64,000 nucleotides of DNA from the IMG/VR virus record IMGVR_UViG_2711768134_000006; one strand, 5' to 3'. Under the pieces are notes generated by a model. The model ran no database searches. It was given only the letters and a program-made list of their open reading frames with translations, and was not told where the DNA came from. This stretch comes from an uncultured virus (IMG/VR IMGVR_UViG_2711768134_000006) (Duplodnaviria > Heunggongvirae > Uroviricota > Caudoviricetes). Each line of letters opens with the position of its first letter. Within the stretch, counting starts at the first letter, position 1. Of this stretch, positions 20,589 through 29,379 are shown in pieces. The position numbers were made by a program, and so were the translations under genes.

Positions 20589-21347
20589 CTAATTATTCCA
20601 ACTATAAATATCTTCCATACTTTCTATTCCATCTATCATTGCATGTATCTCGTTAAATTTATCAATAGGTATATCCTCCCACTTCTCAACATTGTATATT
20701 GAGAATAGTCTTGCAACTACAGTTCTATAGTCGTAGTTATAAGCATTTACATTATATCCTTTTAATTCTGATAATCTTATTTTTAGTAATGTTGACAATG
20801 TTCTTATATTTTTAGTCTTCAAACCTACCATATCTTTCATTTCTTGGAATTGTCTATCTTGTTTTTCATATTTCATATCTAATTTAGTTTCTATCTGATT
20901 AAATCTAGTGTCTATCTTTTTATCATTTTCTATTGATAATTGTTCAAATCCTGCTAACATACCATTTAACATTACTGGCATTAATACGTCTTTTATGTTA
21001 TTAGTATTAATACTAAATGAACCATGTTTACGGATATTTGGTAATACCTCATCAGTAACCCAATCTTGAAATTTTTCGGCCTTTTTCTTTTTAGATGCAA
21101 AAATTAATTTATACACTCCACTTTCTGTTAGAAAATTTTCTCCTCTATTATTTAGTTTTCGGAAATCGTGGTCTCCGATTTCTGAATTAGTCAACTTAAT
21201 TACTTGCTTTTTGTTCATTCTGCTTATGTTATCATTTACATTTTTTATGTCTAAACATTCTGCCACATCTCTTGGATTAAATAAAATCTTCCCATCAAGT
21301 TCAAATATTTCTACCTCTTTACCTTCAAATACCATTAAATTATTCAT
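20589..21347 (-). CDS. BRO-N antirepressor
   Basis: FLTESGVYKLIF..K..AEKFQDWVTDEVLP.IRKHG; paralog of 51294..52007. Confidence 0.9.
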   Translation of the reverse strand: MNNLMVFEGKEVEIFELDGKILFNPRDVAECLDIKNVNDNISRMNKKQVIKLTNSEIGDHDFRKLNNRGENFLTESGVYKLIFASKKKKAEKFQDWVTDEVLPNIRKHGSFSINTNNIKDVLMPVMLNGMLAGFEQLSIENDKKIDTRFNQIETKLDMKYEKQDRQFQEMKDMVGLKTKNIRTLSTLLKIRLSELKGYNVNAYNYDYRTVVARLFSIYNVEKWEDIPIDKFNEIHAMIDGIESMEDIYSWNN

Positions 21348-21388
21348 ATTTTTCCTCCTATAAATTAATTATTTTTTACTTAGATTAT

Positions 21389-21655
21389 TTAAAATTCTTT
21401 ATATTGAATTTTATTTTCATTATCTAAATACATCATATTATTAATATTTTGTATTAATTGCTGTCTCAATTCTTCTCCTTTTAAAGCCCAATCTAATCCG
21501 ATTAAATTTCTTAATCTAGTATTTAAAGAATTATAAGTTCCTGCTTCTCCTATTATTTTATTTTCTAAAAGGTCACATATATTTATTAAATCTGTTGCAG
21601 TCATATATTCAGAATAATTTATCATTTTTAACTCTCCTATTTTATTTACAATCAA
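21389..21655 (-). CDS. Hypothetical protein
   Basis: ORF in operon. Confidence 0.6.
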   Translation of the reverse strand: MIVNKIGELKMINYSEYMTATDLINICDLLENKIIGEAGTYNSLNTRLRNLIGLDWALKGEELRQQLIQNINNMMYLDNENKIQYKEF

Positions 21656-21986
21656 TTGTTTCCTCTATTTCTTTTAAGTTCACAGAAGATATAAAAGATA
21701 GAATTTTCTTCCTATTTAATCTATCAGTTTCAATTATATAATTTTCAAGTTGATGTAAAATTTTAATACTACTTTCCAATAATGATGATATTTCTAAAAA
21801 ACATATATCATTAGATTTTGCTATATCTGTATAATAATCAAACTCTTCTTTTAACTCTTCAAATTTATCCTTGTACCCCTCTGTATCTTGATGTATTTCT
21901 ATCCAATTGTATAAATCATCATCAATTTTGTCTCTTAAATCTTCTAATTTTGTAATATAAATCCCTAGACTTGAAATGTATTTCAT
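21642..21986 (-). CDS. Hypothetical protein
   Basis: 114 aa with GGGGG RBS. Confidence 0.65.
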   Translation of the reverse strand: MKYISSLGIYITKLEDLRDKIDDDLYNWIEIHQDTEGYKDKFEELKEEFDYYTDIAKSNDICFLEISSLLESSIKILHQLENYIIETDRLNRKKILSFISSVNLKEIEETIDCK

Positions 21987-22000
21987 AATTATTGCCCCCT

Positions 22001-22141
22001 TTATAATTTATTAGCCTGTTCCAATAATTCTAATTGATTGCTGTTTCCATATTTTGAAATAATACTTTCTGTAGTACTCCAATAGCTACTATCTAAATCC
22101 TTTTTAAACAATGATTTTATCTTAATTATTAATTTTTTCAT
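22001..22141 (-). CDS. Small hypothetical protein (46 aa)
   Basis: AGGGGA RBS; fills operon gap. Confidence 0.5.
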   Translation of the reverse strand: MKKLIIKIKSLFKKDLDSSYWSTTESIISKYGNSNQLELLEQANKL

Positions 22142-22212
22142 GATTTATTCCCCTTTCAATTTTTTTATTGGAAGTGGCGTTTTTAAAGAACGCCCTAAAA
22201 CTTTTTATTTAG

Positions 22213-22470
22213 TTATTTGATGATAGTATTAGTAGAATTTAAATCTTTTCTATACTTATCATAGTCAAAATATCTTTCAAGTACTTCTTTAGCTAAATAT
22301 TTAATATTTTTTGATTCTCCAATGTAAAGTTTAGCAAATTCAATAGTATCCATATTGTTATAGTATTCTATCTCATCTCCATCTATATAGTCATCAATTA
22401 TCCTGCTTTTGTAAGGTTCTAAATCTCTTGCAAAAGCTTCTAAGTTAAAATAATGGTAAAGATTTTTCAT
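22213..22470 (-). CDS. ArdA-like antirestriction protein (minimal)
   Basis: YFNLEAFARDL and YFDYDKYRKDL resemble the ArdA YFDYEAFARDL motif; acidic centre. Confidence 0.6.
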   Translation of the reverse strand: MKNLYHYFNLEAFARDLEPYKSRIIDDYIDGDEIEYYNNMDTIEFAKLYIGESKNIKYLAKEVLERYFDYDKYRKDLNSTNTIIK

Positions 22471-22495
22471 TTTTATAGTCCTCCTTTTTTTATTT

Positions 22496-22574
22496 GTTCT
22501 GTCCGAATGATTTATTAAAAATTTTTATTTGTTTTGATATTTTTATTATAATGCATTCTGTCCGAATGAGTCAA
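22496..22574 (-). promoter_or_regulatory. Promoter with two operator copies
   Basis: TTGACT-18-TATAAT; CATTC-TGTCC-GAATG palindrome at 22554-22568 with near copy at 22496-22510. Confidence 0.6.
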
Positions 22575-22599
22575 GTGTTTTTTTGAGTAGATTTTGCAT

Positions 22600-22788
22600 C
22601 TACTCAGTTATTTTTTCTATTATTATTTTTTCACCATCAAAAGTTAATGTAACTTCCCTATCTAATTTAGTTATATCCATTTGTTTAACCCAATTAGTAG
22701 GAATTGTTATTCTATTTGTGACTGAGCCTTTACTTGCAGTTCCTCCACTTGTAGTAAATAATACTTTTGCTTTTCTCTGCTCATACAT
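22600..22788 (-). CDS. AbrB/MazE-like DNA-binding protein
   Basis: RITIPTNWVKQMDI...VTLTFDGEKIIIEK. Confidence 0.8.
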   Translation of the reverse strand: MYEQRKAKVLFTTSGGTASKGSVTNRITIPTNWVKQMDITKLDREVTLTFDGEKIIIEKITE

Positions 22789-22882
22789 TCGTTATACCTC
22801 CAATGATATTATTGTTTAATAATACCATACTAAGAGCTTGTAGAAAAGACACTCAATAATTCAAGTGTCTTTTTATGTATTA

Positions 22883-23215
22883 CTATTTAATTGATTTTAA
22901 CTTTGCTATTTCATTCCAATTTTTAGATGTAGCCATTTCTACAAAGTTCATGTCATTTTTTAAAGTGTCTATTTTTTCTCCAACTTCTGTTATGCCTTCC
23001 ATGTTTCTAGCAACTTGATTATAAGTTAAGTCTAGTTTCTTTTTAATTTCTTCTTGCCCTTCTTTTAAATCACTAAGTTGGTTTTCAATCCCATCAAAAC
23101 GACCATCCATACTATCTAGTCTAGTATTAATCCATTTTATTTCTCCTTGTATATCATTAATACTAGTATCCATTTTTTGTAATAATTCTAATATTTTTTC
23201 ATCCATGCCGTTCAC
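22883..23215 (-). CDS. Coiled-coil protein, paralog of 24537..24914
   Basis: MDEKILELLQKMD, heptad RLD/RFD repeats, QVARNME. Confidence 0.75.
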   Translation of the reverse strand: MNGMDEKILELLQKMDTSINDIQGEIKWINTRLDSMDGRFDGIENQLSDLKEGQEEIKKKLDLTYNQVARNMEGITEVGEKIDTLKNDMNFVEMATSKNWNEIAKLKSIK

Positions 23216-23259
23216 ACTCCTATTTTATTATTATATCATAATTTAAGTGTTGTATTCTA

Positions 23260-23781
23260 ACACTTACTAAAATAATCTAATAAATAGTTTAAATTATACT
23301 AGTAAATATTAGATAGTTTATAACCATGTAGGTGTCAAGCAGTACAAACTATAATTTTAATGCTCAATCTTTAGTACTTTTTATAACGCAGTACCTCACA
23401 ACTGCTATGTCATATTAAATTGTATTGAGTGCCATTATAGAAGCAACTAAGTTGATACCTCAATTTTTTGTAGGCTTTAATTGGAAACCTTTATTAATTT
23501 TATTTACTTAATTACTTAATGTTGGGAACACCTCACCAACTGGTATGACTAATTCATTTTTGTAGTTAAAAAATGAAGAAAAAACTATGTGTAATATTTG
23601 TGTTGTGTGCCTTTCACCATTCACACCATTAAAAGGTCAACTTAAAGGTAGTAATTTTTTAATAGTAGTTTAATATTTTTTAATAGAACCCTTTAAGATA
23701 TTAGCTAGAGTTTTAAGAAGGTTCTTTGCCTGTTACTTCATTTGAGAGGTGGCTTTGTGTTTTCTTGTTCTCCCTTGCTAT
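23260..23781 (-). ncRNA. Candidate large structured ncRNA or leader RNA
   Basis: ORF-free ~520 nt behind a consensus promoter; multiple hairpins, three carrying UGAGGU at the loop. Confidence 0.55.
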
Positions 23782-23787
23782 GATTTA

Positions 23788-23895
23788 ATTATATATCCAA
23801 ACGGATATATTGTCAATATTTATTTTTATAATTTAATAAAAAATATATCTAAACGGATGTTAATATATTTAGATATACGACCGATTGGATATATA
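23788..23895 (-). promoter_or_regulatory. Consensus SigA promoter plus three Xre-type operators
   Basis: TTGACA(23811-16)-17-TATAAT(23788-93); ATATATCC-AAAC-GGATATAT at 23791-23810 and two variants. Confidence 0.8.
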
Positions 23896-23952
23896 ACTGA
23901 TTGTTCTTAATAAATATATATGATATTATAATAAATATAAAGAGGTGATAAA

Positions 23953-24270
23953 ATGATTAGTGATAGATTAAGAGAACTAAGAAAAGAAAAAGGCTACACA
24001 ATTAAAGAGTTAGCACAAATTATAAATGTTTCAGATATTTCAATCAGTAGATATGAAAACAACAAAAGGGATGCAGATATAAAAACATTGAAAGAGTTAG
24101 CAAAATTATATGATGTATCATTAGACTATATAACTTGTCTTACAGATAATAGAGAAAATATACAACTTGAAGAAGAAGAAGTCAAACTATTAGATAATTA
24201 TAGAGAGTTAGACACTAAAAGTAAAACAATAGTACAAGAACAAATAAATACATTAAAAAAACTACTGTAA
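23953..24270 (+). CDS. Xre-family HTH repressor
   Basis: RLRELRKEKGYTIKELA...ISRYENN...VSLDY. Confidence 0.95.
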   Translation: MISDRLRELRKEKGYTIKELAQIINVSDISISRYENNKRDADIKTLKELAKLYDVSLDYITCLTDNRENIQLEEEEVKLLDNYRELDTKSKTIVQEQINTLKKLL

Positions 24271-24442
24271 GCTAGACATATATATTCTAGCTTATTTTTA
24301 TATTCAATTTTAAAAACTAAAGGTATAAACATAAGGCAATCATATTACAATACGCTTAAAATGGCATATAATAGCTTGTATAATATATTATATTGTGTAG
24401 AATGTATTATAATATAACCATATCAAAAAAATCCGACAACCT

Positions 24443-24474
24443 GCATACTTATATAGATATATATATCAATATGC
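24443..24474. repeat. 13-6-13 palindromic site, copy A (inverted copy at 32070-32101)
   Basis: GCATACTTATATA-GATATA-TATATCAATATGC. Confidence 0.75.
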
Positions 24475-24536
24475 GAGTCATCGGAAAAATTAAAAATATA
24501 AAAGTACTTAACAAAATGTCAAGTACTTTTTATGTA

Positions 24537-24914
24537 TTATTGTAATTTTATTTTTATTTCTTCTAATTGTTCCATATTTCTAGCGACTTGGTCGGTTGCT
24601 CCATTTAGCTTTCTATTAATCTTAATTACTCTAGTTTCTATTGCATTTAACTTAATGTCAACCACATCAAAGTTATCTTTAATAGAAGTCATTTCCTCTG
24701 CTGTTGAAATAGATTGATTATATAGTATATCTTGTTTCTTTTCAATACTGTCAAGCCTATTTTCTATACTATCAAATCGCTTGTCCATGTTATCAAGTCT
24801 GTTGTTAGTTTCAACCTGTCCAATTTTTAAATCATTGATGTCCTGTTTCATTTCAGTAATATTACTATCCATTTTCTGTAATAATTCTAGTATCTTTTCA
24901 TCCATCACGACCAC
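24537..24914 (-). CDS. Coiled-coil protein, paralog of 22883..23215
   Basis: MDEKILELLQKMD...QVARNME. Confidence 0.75.
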   Translation of the reverse strand: MVVMDEKILELLQKMDSNITEMKQDINDLKIGQVETNNRLDNMDKRFDSIENRLDSIEKKQDILYNQSISTAEEMTSIKDNFDVVDIKLNAIETRVIKINRKLNGATDQVARNMEQLEEIKIKLQ

Positions 24915-25449
24915 GCTCCTTTTATTATTATAACATAATAGTTAATGTTATATACAGCTAATTGTCGTATTCTAATCAACTTGTGTCATTATAAGTTTTC
25001 ATTTGTCACACTTCCTTTTGATTTTATTTAATTAATGATTTAATAATACATTACTTTCCAATTTTTGTCAATACGTTCTATTATATTTATATATTTTATT
25101 TAGTTATTGTCCTTGTAAAAATATTGCTTATCATATTGATATCACTAGCTTATGAGTACATAATTGTGTGAATTATTTTTTATATCTACTATAGTATGCG
25201 AATTTGATTAATGATTAAGAAATGTAGTGATTATGTGATAGATGCTAATAATGTAATGATAATATTAAGCTAATAATGTAAGAGTTCTATTTCTATAAAC
25301 TTTTTTATTTAATAATGAACACAAAAAAAATAATAACTCATGCTATCATCTTTAAAATAACATAAATTATTATTTCTAATAAAAAGTAAGATTTAGTACC
25401 TTTTTATTCGTTTTTAACAAAGTAATTTCTTTTCTTAACATACATTAAT

Positions 25450-25481
25450 AACGTCGTATAATAAGATGATTATGCGACGTT
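25450..25481. other. dif/cer-like recombination site candidate
   Basis: AACGTCGTATAA-TAAGATGA-TTATGCGACGTT palindrome. Confidence 0.55.
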
Positions 25482-25527
25482 GACCCTAAAAATAGAAGAA
25501 AGGGGGCTATTTTTAGACTTTAGTATC

Positions 25528-25548
25528 AAATGATATTCATTATCATTT
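25528..25548. promoter_or_regulatory. Fur-family box candidate
   Basis: AAA-TGATATTCATTATCA-TTT; one mismatch to TGATAATNATTATCA. Confidence 0.5.
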
Positions 25549-26377
25549 TGTAGTCCTTTTTCTTCTACATCCCAAATTCCATTCAGCCCTTAAAATAAAC
25601 ATTTATACAAAATTACACCATTAATTCAAATTTTTAAACATACACTCATGAACAATTTCAAACCGTCTCCGAGTATTATAAAACAGTGTTAATTCAATAC
25701 TTATTTTTCATTAATCATGATAAAAAATAGCCCCATCTATGTTTTGAACCTATGTTATAAGGCTAAAGCATGAACATGGGGTGTATGTTTTATTTTAATT
25801 TATATGAACTATATAAAATATATATTATATCCTATAAATCAACTATAATTGTTATAAAATAATTTTAAATAGTGTATGTTTTAAATTTGAACATCTCAAA
25901 ATCCTATAGACAAAATTTTAATTCTATCAAGTTATCATTTTTTACTTAAAATTCAATACAATTCAAACAAAATATACTTCATGCAATTTATTCAAGATTA
26001 AAACATATAAATATGCCTATTTTATAGAAAAATATATAGTAATTTATATAATTTTTCATATCAATTTTCGTAGACACTATACTCCAGAAAATCAATCTAA
26101 AATGATAAGTTTTATAAAATAATTTTCAAACTTAAGTAGTGTATGTATGGTTTTTATAAAAATTATTAATATTTAATATGCAATTGCATATAAATTATAT
26201 TAAAATTTATAATTAAATGTAAAACAAATTGTAATATAACTTTCTTTACGATTGTAGTATATGTTGTATTACAATTATAGTTTAATAGTATATATAATTT
26301 ATATTAAATTCGCATTGTAATTATATACCAATTGAAATATAATTAAACTAAATGAGCTATAAAAGGAGGGGATTTTT

Positions 26378-26611
26378 ATAAAAAAGGATACTTATAATTT
26401 ACAGATACCTATTCCAATAGAATTAGCTGATAAATTAAAATCACTAGCTGAAAAGGATGAAAGAAGTTTAAGATTGTATTGTAAAAGAGTACTACAATTA
26501 CATGCAAATGAAATTTATAATAATAATAATGATATTGACGAAGCTAATACTAATAATCAAAATGAAACAGCTAAAAAAAGAAAAGTAGGAGCTTTAAAAC
26601 CACAAAAATAA
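26378..26611 (+). CDS. RHH/Arc-like partition adaptor (ParR-like), ATA start, not in ORF track
   Basis: AAAGGAGG RBS; YNLQIPIPIELADKLKSLAEKDERSL; directly upstream of parM. Confidence 0.75.
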   Translation: MKKDTYNLQIPIPIELADKLKSLAEKDERSLRLYCKRVLQLHANEIYNNNNDIDEANTNNQNETAKKRKVGALKPQK

Positions 26612-26628
26612 TTTAGGGGGATTTACTT

Positions 26629-27573
26629 ATGAAAAAAGAAAAAGTAAAAGTTGCAGTAGACTTAGGTAATAGTATGCTTAATTCAGCAGCATATATTGAA
26701 AAAGAATTAATTTTAAAAAAGTTACCAAATAAACTTCAATTTGAAAAAACAATATCACCAAAAGCACGTGTTATGAAAAAAGATGGTAAGGTAATCTACC
26801 TAGGTGTAGGAGATTTAAATAATAATGTTCTTAAACATACTAGAAAAAATTTATTAGAACAAGTTTTAGTCATGATTTATGAAATATTTCCTGATGAGGA
26901 TAATCTTTCTGTGGAATTGATAACCGGATTACCACCAACTCAAATGTTTAATGAAAAATATTTGAAATTATTTCAAGATATTTTTATTCAACCTGGAGAA
27001 ATAAAAATTACTATTGATGGAAAACAAAAGACTTTTGAAATACTTAATGTTGATGTTAAAGCAGAAGGATATTCAGGATTTATTTCACTTGTAGACAAGA
27101 TTACTACTAAACAGAATATTCTAGGAATAGATGTTGGAGGCAGTACTACAGATTTATGTAATTATGAATATGATTATGAGGATGATATGTACTATCCTAA
27201 TGTAACAGACACTATAGAAAAAGGAATCATAGACTTTGAAACAGCAATAGCAAATAAATTTAATAGTAAAAATGGTGCAGATATAAAAATAAGTCAAATA
27301 GATGTAATATTAAGAAACGATATTGATGTTATAGAGTATGAGGGTTCTAAATATAAATTAGATGATTATATTGATGCCATGTACCCTATTATTGATGATA
27401 TGATTAATAAAATCACTAATAAATTTGGTCAGCTAGATGGATATTATGTTGTTGGTATTGGAGGGGGCTATAAAACATTTAATAAATATGCTAATCAATT
27501 TATAAGTAAACAACTAGAAGTCGATGATGATTCTCGTTTCTATGCAAATGTAATTGGATACCTTGAACAATAA
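26629..27573 (+). CDS. parM: ParM/StbA actin-like segregation ATPase
   Basis: VDLGNS, AEG, GIDVGGSTTD, GIGGG. Confidence 0.9.
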   Translation: MKKEKVKVAVDLGNSMLNSAAYIEKELILKKLPNKLQFEKTISPKARVMKKDGKVIYLGVGDLNNNVLKHTRKNLLEQVLVMIYEIFPDEDNLSVELITGLPPTQMFNEKYLKLFQDIFIQPGEIKITIDGKQKTFEILNVDVKAEGYSGFISLVDKITTKQNILGIDVGGSTTDLCNYEYDYEDDMYYPNVTDTIEKGIIDFETAIANKFNSKNGADIKISQIDVILRNDIDVIEYEGSKYKLDDYIDAMYPIIDDMINKITNKFGQLDGYYVVGIGGGYKTFNKYANQFISKQLEVDDDSRFYANVIGYLEQ

Positions 27574-27699
27574 TACTAAAAATATTTAATGAGAGCCATT
27601 TTAAGACAGTTCCATGCCCGTCCATGATAATTAATTCATATTCAGAAATAAAATCGCTTAGAATAGATTTTAAAGGTCACTAATTTAGTGACCTTTTTA

Positions 27700-28326
27700 T
27701 TATTTCTTTTGTTGTTTTTTTATTATCTCTCTCATCTTACTCGCACCTGATGCAATTTCTTTTTCAGACATAGAATATATTTCTAATTCAGTAAATCCAT
27801 TTTCTTTTAGTACTTGTATATCTTTTTCTTTTTGTGTTATAATATTATTATCATTAATTGAATTTAAAGTTTTTCGTTTCGAGTCATCTGTTGAAGCTGC
27901 TACTTCATCAGGTGACTTTTTACTTTTCTTCTTTTCCCTTTTCGTCTTCATGTAACTCTCTGCATTTTCTCGAATTTTTGACTTAGACATTGCAATTTCA
28001 TACACGTTATTTCCATATAAATTATTTTCATTTTGGATTCTATAAACCTTAATAAATCCATTTTCCTTTAAGACCTCAACATATTTTATAAAAGCATTTT
28101 TACTTATGTTCAACTCTCCATAGATTGTTTCCATTCTTGGATGACAGTATTTTTTATTACCTGCGAAACTAGCCAGATAAGCGTAAATAGCTTTTGAGTA
28201 AATAGGTATGTCTTTATTTCTCATAAGAAATTTTGGAGATATACCATAACCATCCGAAAGAATACTATCTTCCTCTAGTCTAACATCTAAAACCTCACCA
28301 TCTTTAATTTTTATTATATTATTCAT
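27700..28326 (-). CDS. wHTH replication-initiator-like protein
   Basis: SKAIYAYLASFAG...P.METI..ELNISKN...L.ENGFI; beside origin. Confidence 0.7.
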   Translation of the reverse strand: MNNIIKIKDGEVLDVRLEEDSILSDGYGISPKFLMRNKDIPIYSKAIYAYLASFAGNKKYCHPRMETIYGELNISKNAFIKYVEVLKENGFIKVYRIQNENNLYGNNVYEIAMSKSKIRENAESYMKTKREKKKSKKSPDEVAASTDDSKRKTLNSINDNNIITQKEKDIQVLKENGFTELEIYSMSEKEIASGASKMREIIKKQQKK

Positions 28327-28335
28327 AAGTTACTC

Positions 28336-28575
28336 CTAGTGCAATTTGTATTCATATACAAATATTCCATTTTCAAATTTTTTATTAACTTCAAGATAGC
28401 CTCTGTCTTTCAATTCGTTCCATGCCATTCTAAACGAATATGCTCCCAAATCTAAATAGTCCATCAAAAATTGTTTAGAGAAGTAAGGTTCGTTTTTAAA
28501 TGCTGAGATAGTTCCATAAAGACCTTTAGCTTTTAAGCTAATACTTTTACTTTTGAATATATCTTCTTTTACCAT
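28336..28575 (-). CDS. Small wHTH protein (initiator N-terminal-like)
   Basis: SLKAKGLY...AWNELKDRGYL. Confidence 0.65.
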   Translation of the reverse strand: MVKEDIFKSKSISLKAKGLYGTISAFKNEPYFSKQFLMDYLDLGAYSFRMAWNELKDRGYLEVNKKFENGIFVYEYKLH

Positions 28576-28710
28576 AGTCTAATTTTTACACCCTCCTATT
28601 TTTTTATTTTAAACTTATTATAATTTATAATTCCCATTTTTTCAAGGTAATTTTTCCCTTTACATAAACAAATAAATACAAAAACAAATATATTAAAGAC
28701 TGTTTATATT

Positions 28711-28970
28711 AATATACCATCTCATGGTACGCCCATAGCATGGGATATCGAAAAATTCGATGTACCACGAGATGGTATATCGAAAGAATCGCTATATTTC
28801 AACGTTTTTTCGATTTTTGCCTCGATATACCACGAGATGGTACATCGAAAAATTAAAGTATCTGAAATAATTTAAAAATTATATAGTTATGCACAGATGA
28901 AAATACAAATTGTTAATAAAATTGCAACTTATCAACATGTTATCAACAACTTACTAACAACTTATCAACA
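28711..28970. other. Putative replication origin: palindromic iterons plus DnaA-like boxes
   Basis: TCGATRTACCACGAGATGGTAYATCGA at 28757 and 28822 plus two variants; TTATGCACA at 28887; TTATCAACA-type boxes at 28929, 28940, 28951, 28962. Confidence 0.75.
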
Positions 28971-29184
28971 GGGAATAAAACTAAATAAAATACTAAATTG
29001 ACAAAAATAATATAAAATGTTAATATATAATTATAGATAAAATTAAGATAAAATATTAAATTAATAGGAGGAAATTTATATATGAAAAACATTTAACAAC
29101 TAAATAAAATTAAAAAACAAAATTGAAATGGAGGTTAAAATATGAAGAAAAGTAAAGAATACAAAAAGATGAAAGGACTAGAAG

Positions 29185-29379
29185 ATGGTAAACAAAAATA
29201 TAAAAATATTAAGAGAGGATTATAGTGAATTTTTAGATGACTGGAATATAATTGGGAAAAGAAATATATATAAATGTCCAGAATGTCAATATCATGGTAA
29301 TAAATGTGATAGACATAACAATGATGAGGGGGTGGCTTATGGCTTTAGTAAATGGCAATTTCAAAGGGAAAATAGATAA
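29185..29379 (+). CDS. Small Zn-binding protein
   Basis: CPEC...C..H. Confidence 0.45.
   Translation: MVNKNIKILREDYSEFLDDWNIIGKRNIYKCPECQYHGNKCDRHNNDEGVAYGFSKWQFQRENR

Noticed and set aside
23573..23632. Type I toxin peptide MKKKLCVIFVLCAF...
   Set aside because: 19 aa, no RBS, unlike known C. difficile type I toxins
25448..25483. loxP site
   Set aside because: Left arm matches 12/13 but the spacer would be 10 bp, the right arm diverges, and no Cre-like protein was seen; treated as dif/cer-like instead
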